From positions 1 through 13,420 of the forward strand of contig DAOVET010000072.1 in assembly GCA_030668825.1 (NCBI GenBank): 13,420 nucleotides of DNA, given 5' to 3'. Shown piece by piece: positions 9,216-13,420 of the stretch. Every line of letters begins with the position of its first letter. Position 1 is the stretch's first letter. The translations under genes and the position numbers were made by a program. The stretch is from Candidatus Heimdallarchaeota archaeon (GTDB lineage Archaea; Asgardarchaeota; Heimdallarchaeia; Heimdallarchaeales; Heimdallarchaeaceae). The notes beneath the pieces were generated by a model. The model was not told where the DNA came from. It made no database searches and saw nothing but the letters and a program-made list of their open reading frames with translations.

Positions 9216-9368
9216 CTTGCATTAAGGTTATCTTCTTGTAAGAGCATCCTTCTTGGATGTGTATGAAAAATGGTATTCAGATAACTGCAATTTTGCCATT
9301 TAAAAAATTGCATCTGACCTATTATTCTCCCCTATTCACATTTCTCACTGCTTAATATTGTAATAACA

Positions 9369-9381
9369 TTAATATAATAAA
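9369..9381 (+). promoter_or_regulatory. Probable TATA box of the Tag-like gene
   Basis: TTAATATAATAAA, with TATAATAA 23-30 bp upstream of the ATG at 9403. Confidence 0.45.
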
Positions 9382-9402
9382 TGTAGGCTTTATTGTTTGC
9401 TC

Positions 9403-9858
9403 ATGCCTGGAGAAAACGTACGAACTGGTTGGTTTTTCAGAGATACAGAGCCTCCTAACGATAATTCTTACTATGAAAATATGACTCGATGTGTATTCCA
9501 AGCAGGTTTAAGCTGGCAGCTTATTTCTGATAGGTGGTCTAATTTCAAAAAAGCTTTCAAAAATTTCAACATAGAAAAAGTAAGTAAATTTGATGAAGAC
9601 GATATTGGAAGACTATTACAAGATTCAGGAATAATAAGAAACAGAGCTAAGATTGAAGCAGCAATTATCAATGCAATGGTCTTTTCAGAAATCCAGGAAG
9701 AGTACGGATCCTTTAGAGATTTCATGGATAATCTAGATACATCTGAAAATTATAAACATGTCAAAAAAGAACTATCAAAACGTTTTGAACGCATGGGTTC
9801 TAAAACATCTATGGTATTTTTGTATAGTATTGGCGAAAAAATAAAACATGAAAATTAG
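9403..9858 (+). CDS. DNA-3-methyladenine glycosylase I (Tag)-family protein, short atypical variant
   Basis: FQAGLSW, F.KAF.NF.IEKV..F, LLQDSGIIRNRAKIEA.I.NA, EYGSF and RF..MG..T...FL..IG. ATG 9403 preferred over TTG 9397 on TATA spacing. Confidence 0.85.
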   Translation: MPGENVRTGWFFRDTEPPNDNSYYENMTRCVFQAGLSWQLISDRWSNFKKAFKNFNIEKVSKFDEDDIGRLLQDSGIIRNRAKIEAAIINAMVFSEIQEEYGSFRDFMDNLDTSENYKHVKKELSKRFERMGSKTSMVFLYSIGEKIKHEN

Positions 9859-9888
9859 TTCCTGGAACTTACTACTCTTTCATTAAGC

Positions 9889-10260
9889 TTAGAATACTAA
9901 AATTATAAAATCTATTATTACTAAAGCAAATGTTAGAACTGCTGATATAACTAATACAAATAGTAACAGTTTGTACTTCTTTTTACCGTAAATTCCGATA
10001 GCATTAACGATTGCATATAGTATTAGTCCCATAGCAAATAAGAATAGATAAAGCCCCCAAGTTAATTGTAAGAGTACTGCTATCCCCCCTACTATGGCTA
10101 GTATAGACATAATAAGTTCTGCAGCAATATGGAACAATCTTTCAAATGGATGTTCTATAAATCGAATCCCTTGTTTTCTAATTAATACTATGATCCAGAG
10201 TAAAGCCGTGATAGTACCCACACTAATTGAAAATATACCTGAGATTATTTCTAAAGGCAT
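9889..10260 (-). CDS. Small 4-TM hypothetical membrane protein
   Basis: 123 aa with four hydrophobic segments and an FHIAAE motif at the start of TM2. Has its own TATA-like element. Confidence 0.75.
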   Translation of the reverse strand: MPLEIISGIFSISVGTITALLWIIVLIRKQGIRFIEHPFERLFHIAAELIMSILAIVGGIAVLLQLTWGLYLFLFAMGLILYAIVNAIGIYGKKKYKLLLFVLVISAVLTFALVIIDFIILVF

Positions 10261-10282
10261 GATTGTTTTTTTTATTACTATG

Positions 10283-10296
10283 TTATAATATTTTCT
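10283..10296 (-). promoter_or_regulatory. BRE-TATA promoter of the small membrane protein gene
   Basis: Minus strand AGAAAA-TATTATAA, 23-30 bp upstream of the ATG at 10260. Confidence 0.55.
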
Positions 10297-10351
10297 TAAA
10301 GTTTGTAGTAGCTAGAGAATCTTCTCTCAATAGGATTTTGGTGATTAATAT

Positions 10352-10377
10352 AAAAGAAAAAGAGGAAAAAGGAAAAA
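10352..10377 (-). terminator. Archaeal U-rich (polypyrimidine) terminator ending the antiporter-like subunit operon
   Basis: Minus strand TTTTTCCTTTTTCCTCTTTTTCTTTT, starting 5 nt after the stop at 10382. Confidence 0.65.
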
Positions 10378-10381
10378 TAGA

Positions 10382-11896
10382 CTAAACTATAAGTGCAATT
10401 TTGCTCACAATTAAGTCTGGCCATAGACCAAGAACTATTAGAACAACTGCAATTATAGCTAAAGCCATTTTTTCGAATATTGGAATTTTTATTTTGCCTG
10501 TATCTTTAGCATCTGGCTCATCGAAGAGCATTTTCTTTAGAATATATAGATATCCTCCTAAAGCTAGTAAGGAGTTAAAGATGGCCATAACAACCAACAA
10601 AATGCTGTTGATAAACATCAAAGGATTAGCGGCGTTGGCACCACCATTGAAAGTAGCGAGAATTACCATTAGTTTTGATGCAAAACCACCTGTTATGGGA
10701 ATACCACCTAACGATAGTAAACCTATTGTTAGGACTGCACCAATAAAGGGTGATCTTCTTCCTATACCTTTCATGTCTCTGAGATCTCTTGATCCAAGTG
10801 TTGTAATTAGAACTCCACTGAGCAAGAACAGACCACCTTTACCTAAAGAGTGTGTAAGTATATGGAATACTGATGCTTGAACTCCTAAATTACCAGGAGC
10901 TAGAGAACCAATTCCGAGTATGATGTAACCAAGGTGTACAGTGGTCGAGTATGCTAAGATTCTCTTGAAATCAACAATATCTTTACGCTTGAATTGAGAG
11001 AACACTAAGTAATTCCCTTCAATCATAGTTAAGATACCTAACCAAGAGATAACAGCTCCGGCACCAGCACTTAATACATCAGGAGTATATGCGAAGTATA
11101 AAGTTCTATAGATACCTATTGCACCAGCTTTAACAACAATTCCAGAAAGTAGTGCGGAAATAGTTGAAGGAGCTGAGCTGTGAGCATCTGGTAACCAAGC
11201 GTTCAAGAATAGCATGGCTGCTGTTACTGCAAAGCCTGTTACGAACAGAGCGATTATTACTGCAGCTATAGCTGATGTACCACTAGCTTGTACTGCTATG
11301 GAAACGAGTTCAAAGTTTACCGAACCATAGAAACCGTATGTCAAAGCAGTAGCTAATAAAACCAACATACTTCCAGCAGTTGACATGATAAAGTATTTCA
11401 TCGATGCTTCTACTGCACCTCTTTTTGCTCTCTCAAAAGCTACAAGCACATAAGCACTTAGTGCAAACAGTTCCCATCCAACGAATAGTGTGATGAAATT
11501 GTTTGCCATAGTTACAGCGATTAAACCAGTGAGTAGTGTAAAAATTAATGCATAGTAGTAACCAAGTCCATTTTTACCTTTCATGTAGTTAACACTGAAT
11601 AGTACTACCATCCAGACAAGGAAGCTGAAAATAGTAATTAACACCGCTTCAAGTTGTCCAAACCTTAGCAGAACTCCAAGTTCATTAGCAATATATTCTC
11701 TAAATGCAGGTACATAAGTTGCAATAAATCCTAGAACAAAGACGCTTAACGCAACTATGTTTGCTAAAACATGATTAACACAATCAGCTTTTATCTTCAT
11801 TTTGGATAAGAATTTCTTCAGTTGCTCAAATAGTGACAAGAGTATAGCACCAGCAATTGGTATAATCAAGATTAAGGATAGATATGGGTTCAACAT
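10382..11896 (-). CDS. Proton-conducting antiporter-like membrane subunit (MrpD/MbhH/NuoN-like)
   Basis: About 14 TMs. LFVGWEL, EASMKYF, WLPDAHSSAPSTISALLSGIVVKAG, KRILAYST, HILTHSLGKGGLFL, LSLGGIPITGGFASK. Archaeal SD GGTGA at 11904-11908 and a 1-bp TAATG overlap with the upstream gene. Confidence 0.9.
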   Translation of the reverse strand: MLNPYLSLILIIPIAGAILLSLFEQLKKFLSKMKIKADCVNHVLANIVALSVFVLGFIATYVPAFREYIANELGVLLRFGQLEAVLITIFSFLVWMVVLFSVNYMKGKNGLGYYYALIFTLLTGLIAVTMANNFITLFVGWELFALSAYVLVAFERAKRGAVEASMKYFIMSTAGSMLVLLATALTYGFYGSVNFELVSIAVQASGTSAIAAVIIALFVTGFAVTAAMLFLNAWLPDAHSSAPSTISALLSGIVVKAGAIGIYRTLYFAYTPDVLSAGAGAVISWLGILTMIEGNYLVFSQFKRKDIVDFKRILAYSTTVHLGYIILGIGSLAPGNLGVQASVFHILTHSLGKGGLFLLSGVLITTLGSRDLRDMKGIGRRSPFIGAVLTIGLLSLGGIPITGGFASKLMVILATFNGGANAANPLMFINSILLVVMAIFNSLLALGGYLYILKKMLFDEPDAKDTGKIKIPIFEKMALAIIAVVLIVLGLWPDLIVSKIALIV

Positions 11897-13420
11897 TAGA
11901 CAATCACCACCAACAAAGTAGCAACAACAATAAATATCGCTACTACTGATCCAAAGATCATGTTCCAGTTTATCTTACCAGTCTTGAAGAATGATAATTT
12001 TTGACCAATCCAGAAGACAGGTTTGACAAATACTAAGTTGTACAAATGATCAATATAGAATCCGTTTGCTACAAAAGTTCTCAGCGCTTTGAAGACATTG
12101 ATTTTTTCTACAAAACCTACTTCTGTTTGTCCTTTACCATAGAACAGATAAGCTAATCCTAACCCAAGAATGATTGCACCTATTGCACATAAGAATGGAA
12201 CCAGTACTACGTGAATTAGGCTATATCCTGTATCTCCTGTAAAGAAGTTGCTAGCTGGACCTTCAATTATGAAACCTGTAGCTACTACTAGAACTGCTAA
12301 TATAGCCAGAACAATTCTCATGATATACTTCGGTTTGTGCACACTAGCTCCTCGGTTCTTGCCATGGAATATCATCAAAAACATTCTTGCAGCATATAAA
12401 GTTGTTAGGAATGCTACTAAAATACCTACGATGAAAGTAAACCAATGCATTGAGGCACCATCAATTGCTGCTGCTTCATATGCAGCTGTTATTATCATTT
12501 CTTTGGAATAACCACCATTTGTGATAATTGGAATACCCATTAAACCGAGAACACCAACCATCATGAATCCATAAACCCAGGGTAGTTCTTTTTTCAAACC
12601 ACCCATTTTCTTCATATCTCTTTCTTCTGCAATAGAATGAATTATTGCACCTGCTGACAAGAACAGTAGAGCTTTGAAGATTGAGTGGGATAATATGTGC
12701 ATCTGACCAGGTATTAGTCCAGTTCCATGATCCTCTCTTATTGTAAAGGCTAAGAACATATAGCTAAGCTGTGAGATTGTGCTGTATGCAAGAACTCTTT
12801 TAAGATCTGTCGTAACTAATGCACCAAATGCAGCAGCTACACAAGAAACTCCAGCTATTATCATTAGTACAATGTAGAAGAATTCGCTATCCCAGATGGG
12901 TGAAAATCTTGCTACTAAGTAGACACCAGCCTTAACCATTGTTGCAGCATGTATTAATGCTGAAACAGTAGTTGGACCTTGCATTGCATCTATATCAACT
13001 GTATCACCTGCACTCAACCATGATTGCAATGGAAATTGTGCAGATTTGGTTATCGGAGCTAAGAGTAATAGAATACTCATAACAATTGGATAAGTTCCTC
13101 CAAGTGGTGTTGTTGTGTCTATGATCAATGGATTAGCTAAACCAAGTTTTTTGTTTTCGTAATAGATCCAAGCTAAGAACGCTAAGAGACCAACATCTCC
13201 AATTGCAGTCATGATAAGAGCCTTAATTCCACTCTTTGCTGGTTTTTGTCCTGCATCACCCTTCTTCATGAAGTAATGACCGATTAGGAAACAAGAACAA
13301 AGTCCTACAATTTCCCAGCCAAGGAATAAGAATACCATGTCATGAGCAAGAACTAGTAAAAGCATACCTCCAACGAACATTTGAATGAAGAACCAATATC
13401 TTGCTTTGTGTTTGTCTTCT
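11896..13420 (-). CDS. NuoL/MrpA-like proton-translocating membrane subunit, 5'-truncated by the window
   Basis: Frame stays open beyond the Met at 13380 to the window end (EDKHKARYWFFIQMF...). FLGWEIVGLCSCFLIG, KSAQFPL..WL...DAMQGPTTVSALIHAATMVKAG, DLKRVLAYSTISQLSYM, HSIFKALLFLSAG, FYIDHLY. Confidence 0.92.
   Translation of the reverse strand, partial: EDKHKARYWFFIQMFVGGMLLLVLAHDMVFLFLGWEIVGLCSCFLIGHYFMKKGDAGQKPAKSGIKALIMTAIGDVGLLAFLAWIYYENKKLGLANPLIIDTTTPLGGTYPIVMSILLLLAPITKSAQFPLQSWLSAGDTVDIDAMQGPTTVSALIHAATMVKAGVYLVARFSPIWDSEFFYIVLMIIAGVSCVAAAFGALVTTDLKRVLAYSTISQLSYMFLAFTIREDHGTGLIPGQMHILSHSIFKALLFLSAGAIIHSIAEERDMKKMGGLKKELPWVYGFMMVGVLGLMGIPIITNGGYSKEMIITAAYEAAAIDGASMHWFTFIVGILVAFLTTLYAARMFLMIFHGKNRGASVHKPKYIMRIVLAILAVLVVATGFIIEGPASNFFTGDTGYSLIHVVLVPFLCAIGAIILGLGLAYLFYGKGQTEVGFVEKINVFKALRTFVANGFYIDHLYNLVFVKPVFWIGQKLSFFKTGKINWNMIFGSVVAIFIVVATLLVVIV

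Noticed and set aside
9203-9313. 36-codon minus-strand ORF (MQFFKWQNCSY...) upstream of the exonuclease, containing TTTTTTA
   Set aside because: No recognisable homology, it overlaps the predicted promoter, and the slippery-like heptamer lies inside rather than upstream of the putative pseudoknot.
9263-9343. SECIS-like (AUGA at 9263) or H/ACA-like (ACA at 9338) reading of the spacer hairpin
   Set aside because: No GA on the 3' side of the stem and no in-frame UGA in neighbouring genes. The ACA spacing and pocket geometry do not fit H/ACA RNAs.
10314-10327. Short palindrome AGAGAA-TC-TTCTCT
   Set aside because: 6-bp arms are expected by chance in a window this size, and there is no other support.
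7177-12511. ORFs 7177-7428(-), 7883-8188(+), 8190-8531(+), 8258-8497(+), 9471-9725(-), 10094-10288(+), 10401-10880(+) and 12248-12511(+)
   Set aside because: They overlap supported genes on the opposite strand and have no independent evidence.
13378-13380. ATG at 13380 as the start of the NuoL-like gene
   Set aside because: The frame is open to the window edge with NuoL-like sequence, so the true start lies outside the window.
1-13420. CRISPR arrays, tRNA/rRNA genes, IS elements
   Set aside because: All intergenic gaps are short (224 bp or less). No regularly spaced repeats, cloverleaf or transposase motifs were seen.

Overview
AT-rich, gene-dense archaeal chromosomal segment. An Asgard/Heimdallarchaeia-like origin is an inference from BRE-TATA promoters about 23-33 bp upstream of the first start codon of each transcription unit, Shine-Dalgarno sites only on operon-internal genes, and a Sulfolobus-type UPRTase. 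Contents in order: 3' end of an S9 peptidase; a heterodimeric type IV ABC exporter; an upp + membrane protein operon; a carboxylesterase; a tandem GNAT acetyltransferase with a palindrome over its predicted TSS; an ICMT/PEMT-family methyltransferase; a DEDDh 3'-5' exonuclease fused to a nucleoside 2-deoxyribosyltransferase-like (NDT/Rcl) domain, divergent from an atypical short Tag-like glycosylase; a small membrane protein; and the 3' end of a respiratory/antiporter operon (NuoL/MrpA-like with a short lateral helix, then MrpD/NuoN-like). The best candidate for an undescribed system is the exonuclease-NDT fusion plus the degenerate Tag gene and the structured spacer between them. No CRISPR array, tRNA, rRNA or transposase was recognised. 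Family assignments come from motif recognition, not database searches.
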